From: Octopus sinensis
Lineage: Eukaryota
Assembly (NCBI RefSeq): GCF_006345805.1
Contig: NC_043014.1
Location: forward strand, 37,634,001-37,698,000
Length of the DNA: 64,000 nt
Direction: 5' to 3'
This document shows, piece after piece, positions 1 through 11,789 of the stretch. The position numbers were made by a program, and so were the translations under genes. Each line of letters begins with the position of its first letter. Position 1 is the stretch's first letter. The notes below the pieces were generated by a model. The model made no database searches, was not told the origin of the DNA, and was given only the letters and a program-made list of their open reading frames with translations.

Positions 1-54
<54 letters not shown>
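1..54. repeat. (GT)n microsatellite
   Basis: Pure GT run from position 1. Confidence 0.98.
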
Positions 55-56
<2 letters not shown>

Positions 57-195
57 ATGTAAAACTTTCAGACAAAGAGATGGCAAAGAGATGACAAAGG
101 ACTGAGATATCTGGAGCCTTGCTGTACTCAAGAAGACCCATACTCCACAGCAGCTGTGTCAAGGCTGCTCCCCCTGGTAAAGAGGATCTGCCTGA

Positions 196-424
196 AAGAC
201 TCCTGCACTGGTGCCATGTAAAAAGCACTCATGCTAGTGCCATGTAATAGTGCTCATGCAGTGCCACATTAAAAGCACCCAGCACTGTAAAGTGGCTAGC
301 CTTGGAAGGGCATCAAGCCACAGAAACCAAGCTAAACTGGAACCTGGTGCAGCTCTCCTGCTTGCCAGCTCTGGTCAAACCATCCAACCCATGCCAGCAT
401 GGAAAACGGACTTAACGTCGATGA
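196..424 (+). mobile_element. SINE-like body and tail fragment (family D)
   Basis: Three internal repeats of GTGCCA(T/C)...AAGCAC/TGCTC, then CCATGCCAGCATGGAAAACGGAC and a short GAT tail; resembles an octopus SINE 3' half from memory. Confidence 0.45.
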
Positions 425-726
425 TACACACACACACACACTCCTGTAGCAGCACAAACAGCCAGCGCGCCATATTGGATGAGATCTCGCGGCAGCCATT
501 GCTATCACCGAGACTGGAGCGGGACCTCACCTGCATCCATTTGCCATGCGTGAGATCACAATGAGGCTCGCGGTGGAATGATGTAGACAGAAAACCGATT
601 GCGTCATGTCTTTTCTCTTTGGCACCTTTTTACACAGCAGCATTTGGCTGAACACGAACGCTGGCAGATTTTTCTATCTGTCTATCTCTAGTGGCCTTGA
701 GCCCACTCTTTCAGAGCTTAAGATGG

Positions 727-1164
727 GGATCTTTTCGGTTTGAACGGCAGTTTTTCTAGCGGTGTCATATGAAATTGTTACCCATAATTATGACCCTAGT
801 ATCGATCTATTGCATTTCAATCTGTTTTAGGGTTAGGGTTAGTTAGGGTTAGAGTTAGGGTTAGGGGTGGGAGAAGGGTAACTTTTTTTCTTCACAAATG
901 TAAATAAACCCAATCTGTTTCTTAAACGAGGGACATATGCATACAGCACAGACTGGTTTTTACCTCAATAGATGTCAGTGATTGGTTGAAATTGCAGAAA
1001 TTGAAGAAAAAAAAACAACAAATATCTTACAAACTATAGAATCTTCTCAATAAAGCCAAGAGTAAAAGATGTTTTATAAACACATTCTACCAGAATACGA
1101 AGTTTAAAATTTTTTAGTTACCTAGAAATTATGTTAAAAACTGCCGTTTAAACCGAAAAGATCC
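727..1164. mobile_element. MITE with ~29-bp TIRs, 8-bp TSD and internal TTAGGG repeats (Merlin-like)
   Basis: TIR GGATCTTTTCGGTTTGAACGGCAGTTTTT and its inverted copy; TSD TAAGATGG at 719-726 and 1165-1172; TTAGGG array at 827-871. Confidence 0.9.
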
Positions 1165-1380
1165 TAAGATGGTAGCTAAAAGCAGCACGCTTCACCTTTC
1201 CTGTAAATAGCATTTATTGTTGAAGTCTTTTCTCTTTGCCTGCCGAAAGCTTGAACTACATAAAGAACAAGAAAAAGTGATGAAGCTGATATTCCTCAGA
1301 TATCATAAACCTTGCCTTCCATTCCTAAACTCCCATACATGTTGGTGTGTGTGTGTTTTTATGTCCCCATAACTTAGCAG

Positions 1381-1625
1381 GGATCTTTTCGGTTTGACTG
1401 GCAGTTTTTTAAAATAATTTCCATGTAACTAAACACTTTTAAACTTCGTATACTGGTAGAATGTGTTTATAAAACATCTTTTTCTCTTGGCTTTATTGAG
1501 AAAATTCTATAGTTTGTAAGATATTTGTTGTTTTTTTTCCTTCAATTTCTGCAATTTCAACCAATCACTGACGTCTATTGAGGTAAAAACCATTCTGTGC
1601 CGTATGAATATGTCCCTCGTTTCAA
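1381..1625. mobile_element. Truncated copy of the GGATC MITE, inside a SINE remnant
   Basis: Starts GGATCTTTTCGGTTTGAC; body matches 4461-4700; second TIR absent. Confidence 0.85.
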
Positions 1626-2124
1626 AGTAGATCTCCAGTACGGCCGCTGTCCAATGACAGAAACAAATAAAAGATATTTTAAAAAAACCCATCAGATAAG
1701 TATTTAAAAATATTCTCCGTCATGCCTGAATGTTTTTTGATTGTATTACAGAATCGTTAATGCTGACTTGCACATGTTGTCAGTCTTCGCAATAATTTTT
1801 GCCTGCTGAGTGAATTGGGGGAACGTGAAATAAAGTGACTTGTTCAAGAATGCTGCGTACCTCCTGGACGGGTCGAATCCACAACCTAATGATCGAGAGC
1901 CAGCCCAATTGCCTAAGCATTGGGTCATGCACCTTTTCAAACAAGTTTTCAGTCTTACTGAAACGGCATCTTTGTATGAATATCAGGGATTTTAATGCTG
2001 AAATGAAAAAGAAAAGAAAGTTGAATTAAAGAAATATATAAAGATTACATGGTATATTTCACTCCACAAAACTCATGTTTGTTTCACTAGCAAAAATGTT
2101 AAATAATATTGAATTAAAATTTCG

Positions 2125-2470
2125 GCACAAGGCCATTAAGTTCGAGGGAGATGGTAAGTCGATTACATCGACCCTCCACCCCACTGTCCCGTCAGAACCT
2201 ACTTTATCGACCCTGAAAGGATAAAAGACAAAGTCAACCTCGGCGGAATTTGAACTCTGAATGTAAAGACAGACGAAATACCGTTAAGCATTTTGCCCAT
2301 CTCGCCGCCTCAGTAATGATAATAATTTTGGATAGAAATTTTGGCATAAGATCAGCAATTTCGGAAAGGGGCATAAGTCGATTGCATTGACCCCACCACT
2401 GCCCAGTCGGTACTTATTTTATCGAACCTGAAATGACCAAAGACAAAGTTGATCTCAGAATGTACCAGTT
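2125..2470 (-). mobile_element. Two diverged tRNA-derived SINE copies (family B, common tail)
   Basis: Each contains GTCGATT(A/G)CAT(C/T)GACC, GAAA(G/T)GA..AAAGACAAAGT and TTTGAACTC; many further copies in the window (e.g. ~3110, 6090, 10660, 10815, 19800, 21255). Confidence 0.8.
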
Positions 2471-3383
2471 TGAACTCAGAACATACCAGTTTCAGCACTG
2501 GGGTCTATCTAATCGACTTATCCCATCTCTTGAACTTGCTGGTCTTATGTCAATATTTGAAACCAGAATCGTTACTGCGCCGAGCAAAATATTTAGCGGA
2601 ATCTTTTTTGCCTTTATGTTCTGTGTTTAAATTCCACCAAGGTCGACTTCGCCTTTCATCCTTTCGGGGTCAATAAAATAAGTACCAGTTTAGCACTGGA
2701 GTCGATGTAATCGACTTACTTCTTCCCCGGAAATTGCTGACCGTGTGTCAAAATTTGAAATCCAATATTCAGTATGATTTCTCATTGTTGTATGGAGGTT
2801 CACAGGTACATCAAGTGACATTTAAATATTGTGATATTCAGATGCTGAAAATTTATTAGTACTGTTTTTGCTAGATTTATTTTCCTCAGTGTCAATTCTA
2901 ATAGCGGTTTGTGATTTAGACATAAGGCCAGATATTTTCAGAGGAGATTAGTCAATACCGTTGATTAGTACTTTATCATAATTGACACCGGAGATTTGAA
3001 CTCAGATCGTAACCCCAACCATCAACACCATCATCGGGAAAAATATCGCTAAACATTTTTTTCTGACACTAAGGTAACGATTCTACCTATCTATCATTTC
3101 AATTGAAGGCCTGCGGTTTTAAGGGGAGGAGTTAGTCGATACCATTGACTCCAGAGGTAAAGTTGACCTCGGCGGGATTTAGACTCAGAACGTACAGAGC
3201 CGCAGCAAATACTTCAAAGCTATTTTTTTTCCCGACGCTTTAACGATTCTACTAGCTCGCCCCCTTTGTCAAAGCTAATACTAAAATCAACACTGCGCGT
3301 GAGAAGTATTTGAAAACATTTGGTAATTCAATAAAACAACTGTAATCTAGCAAAACAAAATGCATTAAAAAAAAAATTGCATA

Positions 3384-3789
3384 GGAGTGGCTGTGTGGTA
3401 AGTAGCTTGTTTACCAACCACATGGTTCCGGGTTCAGTCTCATTGCGTGGCACCTTGGGCCAGTGTCTTCTACTATAGCCTCGGGCCGACCAAAGCCTTG
3501 TGAGTGGATTTTGTAGACGGAAACTGAAAGAAGCCCGTTGTATATATGTATGTATATATATATGTATGTGTGTGTATATGTTTGTATGTTTGTATTTGTC
3601 CCCCTAACATTGCTTGACAACCGATGCTGGTGTGTTTACGTCCCCGTAACTTAGCGGTTCGGCAAAAGAGTCCGGTAGAATGAGTACCAGGGTTACAAAG
3701 AATAAGTCCTGGGGTCAATTTGCTCAACTAAAGGCGATGCTCCAGCATGGCCACAGTCAAATGACTGAAACAAGTAATAGAGAGAAGAG
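3384..3789 (+). mobile_element. Composite tRNA-headed SINE (family A) with internal TA/TG microsatellite
   Basis: A-box TGGCTGTGTGG, B-box-like GGTTCAGTC, CORE-like ACCTTGGGCCAGTG, central microsatellite, right arm ending CAGTCAAATGACTGAAACAAGTA. Confidence 0.9.
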
Positions 3790-3839
3790 TGTAAGAGTAG
3801 AATGTTCTCGATAAGCTTTTTTTTAAAAAGATTATTCTA

Positions 3840-5000
3840 TGAATCCACGTTCAGATTCGATATCTGCTTCAGTGTGGGACAGGAATTGTTGACATGCCCG
3901 CAGTAAGTGGTCCTTATTTCGAACATTACTGGAACAACGGCAGCCTTCAATGAAGCTGTGGTGATGTGAGGATGTCGATTAGTTTCCCTTTCAAAATCGC
4001 TCCTAATGTAGCTGTCCATAGGATTTAAATTTGGCGAGTTTGAAGGCGTCAAGTTTGATGTTACGTCATCGCAAAGATTGTCTGACGTCCATTCTTGAGT
4101 TATGTGGCCTTCCGCTATGTACTTCATCCATCTACGGCTTAAGTGTTTCCAGCACCTCAGCGTATCCAACAGCATTAATTCTAATACTATGTAGAGAAAT
4201 GTGAAGTAGCATGGCACGACCTTCATTACTCATCACTTCTAAAACTATCGCAGTTGCTGGAAGCTTAGTATGCGTCACTCTGGGGATATCAAAAGCACTC
4301 GCGCATAACTATCTATTATTTCTTTATGTTGAGTTTTGGTCTTGATCGAAGATTTTCTCACCAGAAAAGAACCAAAGCATGCATTGCTCGTGGGAGTTCT
4401 TAACCTTGTTAAGTAACCGCTTTGCAAACTTAAATTGACCATATCTTAAGCACACAGAACGGATCTTTTCGGTTTGAACGGCAGTTTTTAACATAATTTC
4501 TAGGTAACTAAAAATTTTAAACTTCGTATACTGGTAGAATGTGTTTATAAAACATCTTTTTCTCTTGGCTTTATTGAGAAAATTCTATAGTTTGTAAGAT
4601 ATTTGTTGTTTTTTTTCTTCAATTTCTGCAATTTCAACCAATCACTGATGTCTATTGAGGTAAAAACCATTCTGTGCCATATGAATATGTCCCTCGTTTA
4701 AGAAACAGATTGGGTTTATTTACATTTGTGAAGAAAAAAAGATACCCTTCCCCCCATCCCTAACCCTAACCCTAAAACAGATTGAAATGCAATAGATCGA
4801 TACTAGGGTCATAATTATGGGTGAAATTTCATATGACATTGCTAGAAAAAACTGCCGTTCAAACCAAAAAGATCCCACAGAACTTGTATTTACAGTTCCG
4901 GTAGTCCATCTAACACCTGAAGTTGGTGATGACCCTCATTAATTTTCCGGGATAGTTATTGATAATGTTTTGAACCTGTTGGATGAATTACGGTGCCTTT
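3840..5000 (-). pseudogene. Degenerate Tc1/mariner-superfamily (maT / DD37D-like) transposase relic
   Basis: Minus-strand PSNSPNLNPMDSYIRSDFERETNRHPH and a broken FS(D)EKIFDQDQK-like motif; many stops and frameshifts; interrupted by the MITE at 4461. Confidence 0.7.
4461..4875. mobile_element. GGATC MITE, full copy in opposite orientation to 727-1164
   Basis: Both TIRs present; TSD CACAGAAC at 4453-4460 and 4876-4883; (CCCTAA)3 at 4758-4775. Confidence 0.92.
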
Positions 5001-5189
5001 ATAGTATCCGTACGTTTAGTATCCAGTTGAAACATTCCTACCGGACGAAGGCAATTCTATCCAAACTTTGTGTACTAAAAAATCTTGCAACATTTAGAAA
5101 GTCGGCAGTTTCTTAATCGCTGATTTCCGTACATATGGGAACAACGACTGCATCTTTTTTCATTTTTTCTTTTAGTATCTGCTTTTTGA

Positions 5190-5722
5190 AGGCACATGGC
5201 TCAGTGGTTAGAGATAGTGAGTTCGATTCCCGGACCGAGCTGTGTGTTGTGTTCTTGAGCAAGACACTTAATTTCACATTGCTCCAATTAGCTGTAGAAA
5301 TGAGTTGCCATATCACTGGTGGCAAGCTGTATCTTCCCTTAGATAACATCTCTGATGTGGGAAGAGGAGGTTGGTATGCATCATCATCATCATTGTTCGA
5401 CCGTGGTCGAGACTTTCATAGTCTTTTCAAATGGCTAATAATGTGTGCGCGCGCCACTACTACACACATTGGAAAGCATTGTACAACCAAGTACTAAAGA
5501 AGATCTTTCCTCCTCCATGAAACAAAGCTGTTCCCGCTGGACGTCAACCCAGTATTTCTAAGCTACGGACCGAGTGATTTATTGTAAGGTTATCTCCCTA
5601 GATAGATTGCCTTCACTACGGCTAAGGAGCCCTTTCTACCCCATGGTATGCATAGGCGACTGCTAGTCTTCCACAAACAACCCATATGGTCATTCGTGAC
5701 CGAAGGGAGTCTTTACCTTTAT
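5190..5722 (+). mobile_element. tRNA-derived SINE (family C) interrupted by an insertion
   Basis: Head GGCACATGGCTCAGTGGTTAG...GAGTTCGATTCCC; tail GTCATTCGTGACCGAAGGGAGTCTTTACCTTT; related heads near 11285, 21585 and 25365. Confidence 0.75.
5381..5643 (-). mobile_element. Short non-autonomous RTE-like retroelement (5' motif joined to 3' end, (GAT)n tail)
   Basis: TSD TGGTATGCA(T) at 5372 and 5644; minus strand starts GGGTAGAAAGGGCTCCTTAGCC...CTAGGGAGATAAC and ends in GAT repeats. Confidence 0.65.
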
Positions 5723-6786
5723 CTGTTATAGGGGATCTGAAATTAAAACCTATTAATTTGGCCTGAAGAGGGCAATAACCTGATAATGAAGTGACCTCAA
5801 TTACTCTGGCGCACACTGTATAAAACTTTCAATGTTATGCAATAAATTATGTTGTTTACAAGACTACTTTTTCTTATCGTATTTGTATAGGAGTGAGGGG
5901 AAAGAATTGGGATATTGAACTAGTAAAGAGTGGAGTTGGATGGGAGAATATAGAAAAAAAGCGGTTAAGTAGTACTGTGCCAGATAAAACAATGATATAT
6001 CGCTGCTAGAGGAATTTCATTCAGTAGTGCAAACCAAATGCCGTTACTGTTGCTGCTGCTGTTAGTTGTGAATTATCCTTTCTATTATAGGCACAAGACT
6101 TGAAATTTTGGGGAGATGGCTAGTCTGTTATATCGACTCCATTGTTCAACTGGTACTTATTTCATTGACCTCGAAGGGATGAAAAGCAAAGTCGACCTAG
6201 GTGGCATTTGAACTCATAACGTGAAGACGGACAATACACTGCCAAGCATTTTGTCTGACGTGCCAATGATTCTGCCTGCTCGTCGCCTTTACAGCTGAGA
6301 ATTATAACGATCTCAAGTGTCTTCTTATGTATGGGATGGTCACTCAATTCGCTGGAGATAGCATCCAAATCGCACTCATCTCACACTGCCGCAGTAAAAA
6401 CGAGAAAGATATTGGATAATGTAGCCTTACATGTACAATCCCCACCACCAAATCATGGTGCCAAGGTCTTCTCTAGCCATCATTGATCTATCATATCTTT
6501 ATCTTTTACTTGTTTTAGATATATTAGGCTGCGGCCATGCTGGAGCACTGCCTTGAAGAATCCTAGTTGAACGAATCAACCCCAGGACTTATTTTTTTAA
6601 AGTCTGGAACGTATTGTATCGTTCTCTCTTGCTGAACCGCTAGGTTATGGGGGCGTAAGCACAACAACACCGGTTGCTAAGAGGTGGTAGAGAACAAACA
6701 CAAACACGAAGACACACATATATTTATTTTATTTTATCTAGTCTCAGCTCACGAGCTGTGGCCATGCTGGGGCACCGCCATATATA

Positions 6787-7652
6787 CAAGGTTGGCCAAA
6801 AGTCACCTGATAGTAAATTTCAAAATGGAAAAGTGTGAGCAAGAGAAATAATATTCTTAAAATTATAAACCTGGAAAAGCACAGGACAAGTTATTACACT
6901 TAGAAACGTTCAGGACAACTTATGAAGTACAGAACAAGAAAATTTTTACTTAAAATATTGCAGCTAAGGATAAAATTTCAAATAAAATATTTAGATTTAG
7001 AAAATATTAGCTTTTATTAAAACTAAACATTTTATTACAAGTTATTCTATTTGTTACTACTTATTACTTCTATTAAAAATTTAAAAAATGACTCAATTAA
7101 AATAATTTTTGTATTTAAAAAAAATTCGTTTTTTAATTATTAATTAATAATTAGAAATTTGAAAATAGGTTATAAAAAATAATAGTAGTACATAATTAGT
7201 CCAATAAATAGAATAATACAAAAATTAGTTTTATGTTACAGTAAAATCTACCTATAACAATAAATTTACCGTAAGATTTGCTTGAGTCTTTACATTTTTA
7301 GTGTTGACCCAATGTCTATTTTTTACATAATGAATTTGCCGACCATATATACTATTCTACTTTGCATAAAACTTTAGCTATATTGGTAATTCTGGCTCTC
7401 ATTTTAAAAGTATTCTAGTGTGTCAATATTTTAACAAAATGACCATACCTTTTTTTTTTGTTTTTGAAAATTACAATGTTACTTTGTAAATTAAAATCAA
7501 ATAATTTTTAATATTCAGATCTTATCCTTAGCTGCAAGATTTTAAGTAAAAATTTTCTTGTTCTGAACTTTTCCAAGTGTAATAACTTTTCTTGTACTTT
7601 TCCAGGTTTATAATCTTAAGAATATTATTTCTCATGCTCTCATTTTCCCATG
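6787..7652. mobile_element. Tc1-like fold-back / MITE remnant with long internal inverted repeats
   Basis: Starts TA-CAAGGTTGGCCAAAAGTCACC; ~6823-7010 is an imperfect inverted repeat of ~7500-7652; right terminus not found. Confidence 0.6.
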
Positions 7653-8334
7653 TAATCCATGCTTTTTCCAGGCTATGCTATTATGCTAATTAATAATGTA
7701 TCAACTAATAATTTTAGATTTTACCATATTGAAAATTGAATAATAAATTTAATAAATCTCTAAATAATATTTCAATTTTTAATATAGATGACGTAATTAA
7801 ACTAATTACAAATTAGTGGTGTCGTTGATAATTTTTTCCTTACCTCAATGATGCCGGTGACATATCTTAAAAGTCCCCTTATAGAACTATATTCATAAAA
7901 AAGTATAGAACTATATTCTCACCTTCAAATTTGAGAAACACTCATAACTTTTTTCTTTTAAAACTTCATTACATGAGATTGATACCATGAAATTCCTCGA
8001 ATTGAGTTCTATCATTTTAGCTTAATTAAAATATAGATTGTTTTTAAAATAAAAAAAGTTAATTATATTTAAATTCAGTTTTTTACCTTATATATTTTTT
8101 CATGATATTTTACCTCACAACTTTTTTTATACAAATTTTTGTTGCATGGAACCAGAACTATGAAATTCTTCACACTTTCTTGTATCATTGAAGCCAAGAT
8201 AAATATATTTTGCTTTTAAAATAAAAGAGTTATTTAGATCTAAACTTGACTGGAGGCGTTACTTACTCTCCTATAATGTTGCTACAAATTTTGATGTAAA
8301 CTTTTTCTACTGGACCAAATCTCAATTATTTATG

Positions 8335-8407
<73 letters not shown>

Positions 8408-9119
8408 ACTTTCTCTGCCTTGGTTACTTACAGAACCTCTGTGGTGTGGTAAGACGACCACACTCTACACGATCTACTCCCAAGCACAGCGTTCAATAAC
8501 GGAATTAAGCGAGAATGTTATAACTTGGTGTGCATGCACGACGGAGCTCAAACTCAATCTGTGCCAAGCGGCTTCACCTCATTTTAGCTACGTTACCGTA
8601 GCAACAGCCACGACACTTTTTGATAAGACCTCTTACGTACACATACAAGTTTAAAGGGGTTGTTGTGACTGGAACACCTTTTCCTTTCAGGTGGGATTTA
8701 ATTTTTGGAAAGATCCTTGGCCGTAATGACCTCCGAGACGTATCTCTTTCCACTCACTCACTCACTCACACATTTTCTTTGCCATGGTCACTGACGAAAC
8801 CTTTGTGGTGTGATGAGACGACCACACTCTACACACTTTACTTTCACTCTACAACAGAATTAAACAAGGACATTATAACGAACTTTAAGATCATACATGT
8901 TTAAAAGGATTGTCATGACTGGAATACATTTTTAATAATAAGTCAACTCGATTATATTGACCCGAAGTAAACAAAGGCATGTTACATTGGCGCAAGCCTG
9001 GCTGCGTGGTTAAGAATCTCACTTTGCAATCACTTGATTTCAAGTTCAGTCCCACTGACTGGCTCTTTCGGCCAATAAGTGAATTTAGAAGACGGAAACT
9101 GTGTGGAAGCTTGTCGTAT

Positions 9120-9260
9120 ATATATAGTTGAAATTTATAGAAGAACAAAAGACGAAGGCAGGTGTATGAACAACAAGCAAGTGTATTAGTTTGACGCTCG
9201 GGAAAATGAAAAAGTATTTTTACTTTTCGAGCCTAAGCTCTTCAGCAGAAAGAAATAAAA
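9120..9260 (-). mobile_element. Penelope-like terminal fragment with degenerate hammerhead motif
   Basis: Minus strand CTTT-CTGCTGA-A-GAGC-TTAG-GCTC-GAAA-AGTA; same family as 46730-46810 and 50700-50900. Penelope assignment is inferred, no ORF present. Confidence 0.5.
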
Positions 9261-9453
9261 GCAAATAAACAGAGACAATGAAAAAAACTTGTAGATTTCA
9301 GCGCGTGTCTGTGTGTGTATTCGTCCCCACTCCTCACCGCTTGATTAGTGCTTTTGATTTCTTTACGACCCCGTAACTAAGCAGTTCGGCAATGGAAGCC
9401 GATAGAATAAGTACCAGGAATTTGAACTCAGAACGTAAAGACAGACGAAATAC

Positions 9454-9678
9454 CTATTTCTATTTCTTTTCTACTCACAAGGGGCCAAACACAGAGGGGA
9501 CAAACGGATTAAGTCGATTACATCTACCCCAGTGCGTAACTGGTACTTAATTTATCGACCCCCGAAAGGATGAAAGGCAAAGTCGACCTCGGCGGAATTT
9601 GAACTCATAACGTAACGGCAGGCGAAATACCGCTAAGCATTTCGCCCGGCGTGCTAACTTTTCTGCCAGCTCACCGCC
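9454..9678 (-). mobile_element. Family B SINE, Tx1-tailed subfamily
   Basis: Head GGCGGTGAGCTGGCAGAA...; tail (plus strand) CTATTTC...CACAAGGGGC; joined after GACGAAATAC of another SINE fragment. Confidence 0.85.
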
Positions 9679-9779
9679 ATATAATTATTAAATATAAAAA
9701 AATAAAGTTGTTTTTTTCCCCAACCACTGGTGGAGCTATGGTGGGGCCGGTGAGGTGGGATGGGTTGGGAAACACTGGT

Positions 9780-10215
9780 TTAGAGCATCGATCACTCTTT
9801 CCCACTGTTCCCGGTTCTGGACTGTCTTTTCTGCTTTTCTCCAATTGGAGCTTTGCTTTTTCTGCCCTTCCGTCCGGATTTTGCTGTACCTTGTCATATG
9901 TTTCTCAGGGTGAAATCCTTCCCCTCCCATGACTTGTTGGTTTTCAATTGTCATCGATGCTTCTGTAACTTTGCTTTTTTCTAGGTAGGAGTGTTGGTTC
10001 TATGCAAACCCACTTTCACATCTGGGTTTGGACTTTGAGCTTTTCGAGCAGGGAGGATTGTGCTTTACTGACACAGATCTCAGTGTCCTTGAAGCATACA
10101 AGCAACCACACTTCAACAAGGACTGGGCATTGTGGTGGATACATGGTCCTTAGCTTGTTAAAATAGCTGGCAAGTCTCACAGAATGATCAAGGGGTAGAA
10201 TGCTTTTAATCATGG
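9780..10215 (-). pseudogene. Possible RTE-clade LINE C-terminal relic
   Basis: Minus-strand WRKAEKTVQNREQWERVIDAL resembles the RTE ORF end; remainder heavily degraded. Confidence 0.4.
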
Positions 10216-11789
10216 GTGTGCTTAGTCAGGATTTATTCGGGGATATAGAACAACAGCAGCAACAACAATAATTTGCTTATTAACTTAAATACCAGAGACA
10301 TTTGGTTGCTAGGAAACCGTGTTTTGATGAAATATGATTTATTTGCTTTTGGCTAACCTGCATATTTCAGTCTTATCATTTATTTATCCAGTTTCAGTTC
10401 AGGCTTCACATTCATGTACATTGACAAAGCCGCGATGTTGTTATAATTGACGTATCGCTCCGTCAGATATTGGTGCCCCGTCAATGAAAACAGTGTTCTG
10501 AAAACTTTGTTTCGCGCGGCAAGAAAACCAGTAACAGAAGACAGGATTTGAACTCGGAAAGCAAAGAATCGTAACAGACAGCGCTATGTATTTCATCCAA
10601 CACTCTAGTAATCCCATTAAATCCACCTGTTTATAGACTGTTGTTTTATTTATTGATCCACCGCCGAAAGGTTGAATGGTAAAGTTGACCTCGGTGGGAT
10701 CTGAATTTTGAGCGTAGAGAGCCGGAACAAATACTAAAATCTATTACAACTTACGTTCTAACAATTCTGCCGATTCGTTACCTTTGTTTGATATGTATAT
10801 CAATTTCAAATCTTAGCACAAGGTCAGACATTTCGAGGTGGGGGTTAGTCGATTACATCGACCCCAGTGCACAAATAGTACTTATTTTAACGATCTTGAA
10901 AGATGAAAGGCAAAGCCGATCTCGGTGGAATTTGAACTCAGACCGTTAAAGTCGAATGAAATGCCGCTTAGCATTTTGTCCATTGAACACTGGGGTTGAT
11001 GTAATTGACTTATCCCCTCCCTCGAAATTGCTGGCCTTGTCCCAAAATTTTAAATCAATAATGTAAATTTATCTATTATAAAACTTCAGAGTTTTATGTT
11101 AAGTCGAAGCTTCGATGTGATAACATCTTGTGAAGAAGATGAGAGATAAATAATCTCAGTGATATTAAGCTAGGTCTATTATCACAATGTGTCTTTTCTC
11201 GATAGATAGATGAACTGAGTCAGTGTCAACTAAAGTGTTGTACTTTGAAGAAATATAGGACGGCAATAGTAGCAGCGGATTTAAATACATGGCTCAGTGG
11301 TTATAGCGTCGGGCTTACAATCGTGAGGTTCTGAGTTCAATTCCTGTGTTGTGTTCTTGAGAAAGACACTTTATTTCACGTTACTCCTGCTGGAAGTTAT
11401 AAAACGTTAATTAAAGAAGAATATTCATGTGCAACACAATTTTTAAACCCTTTAACAAATGCGAATAAAACTAGACTATTTAGTTAGTCGTCGAGGGAGG
11501 CGAAAGGCTCATGGCATCTGAGAATGAGGCGAATGATGCTCAATTTAAACAGGAATTTCAACCATGTTCCTTGGTCTGCTAACACATTTCCTTTATAGGA
11601 TCCAGTTAGCTCAAGACATCATCAGGAGGAACCATGTTCGGTTTCGGCCCCTACTCCTCTACCGTTTTGACGTGGCGGGCCCCCCACCTTTCGGAGGTGT
11701 CTTCAGTTCTGGTGTTGGGTGCATGTCTTCTTTATAAGTCAGTGCCTGCAGAGAAAAACTGTTAATATGTCTAGACGCAAGTATAGCTG

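Noticed and set aside
827-871. TTAGGG array as a true telomere or fusion site
   Set aside because: Short, and internal to a TSD-flanked MITE present in several copies.
8410-8940. Diverged direct repeat (8410-8670 versus 8774-8935)
   Set aside because: Old repeat fragments with no termini, ORF or structure I can support.
11610-11665. Type II hammerhead on the minus strand (GAAAC...CTGATGA)
   Set aside because: Helix III cannot close onto a UH triplet and helix I is absent.
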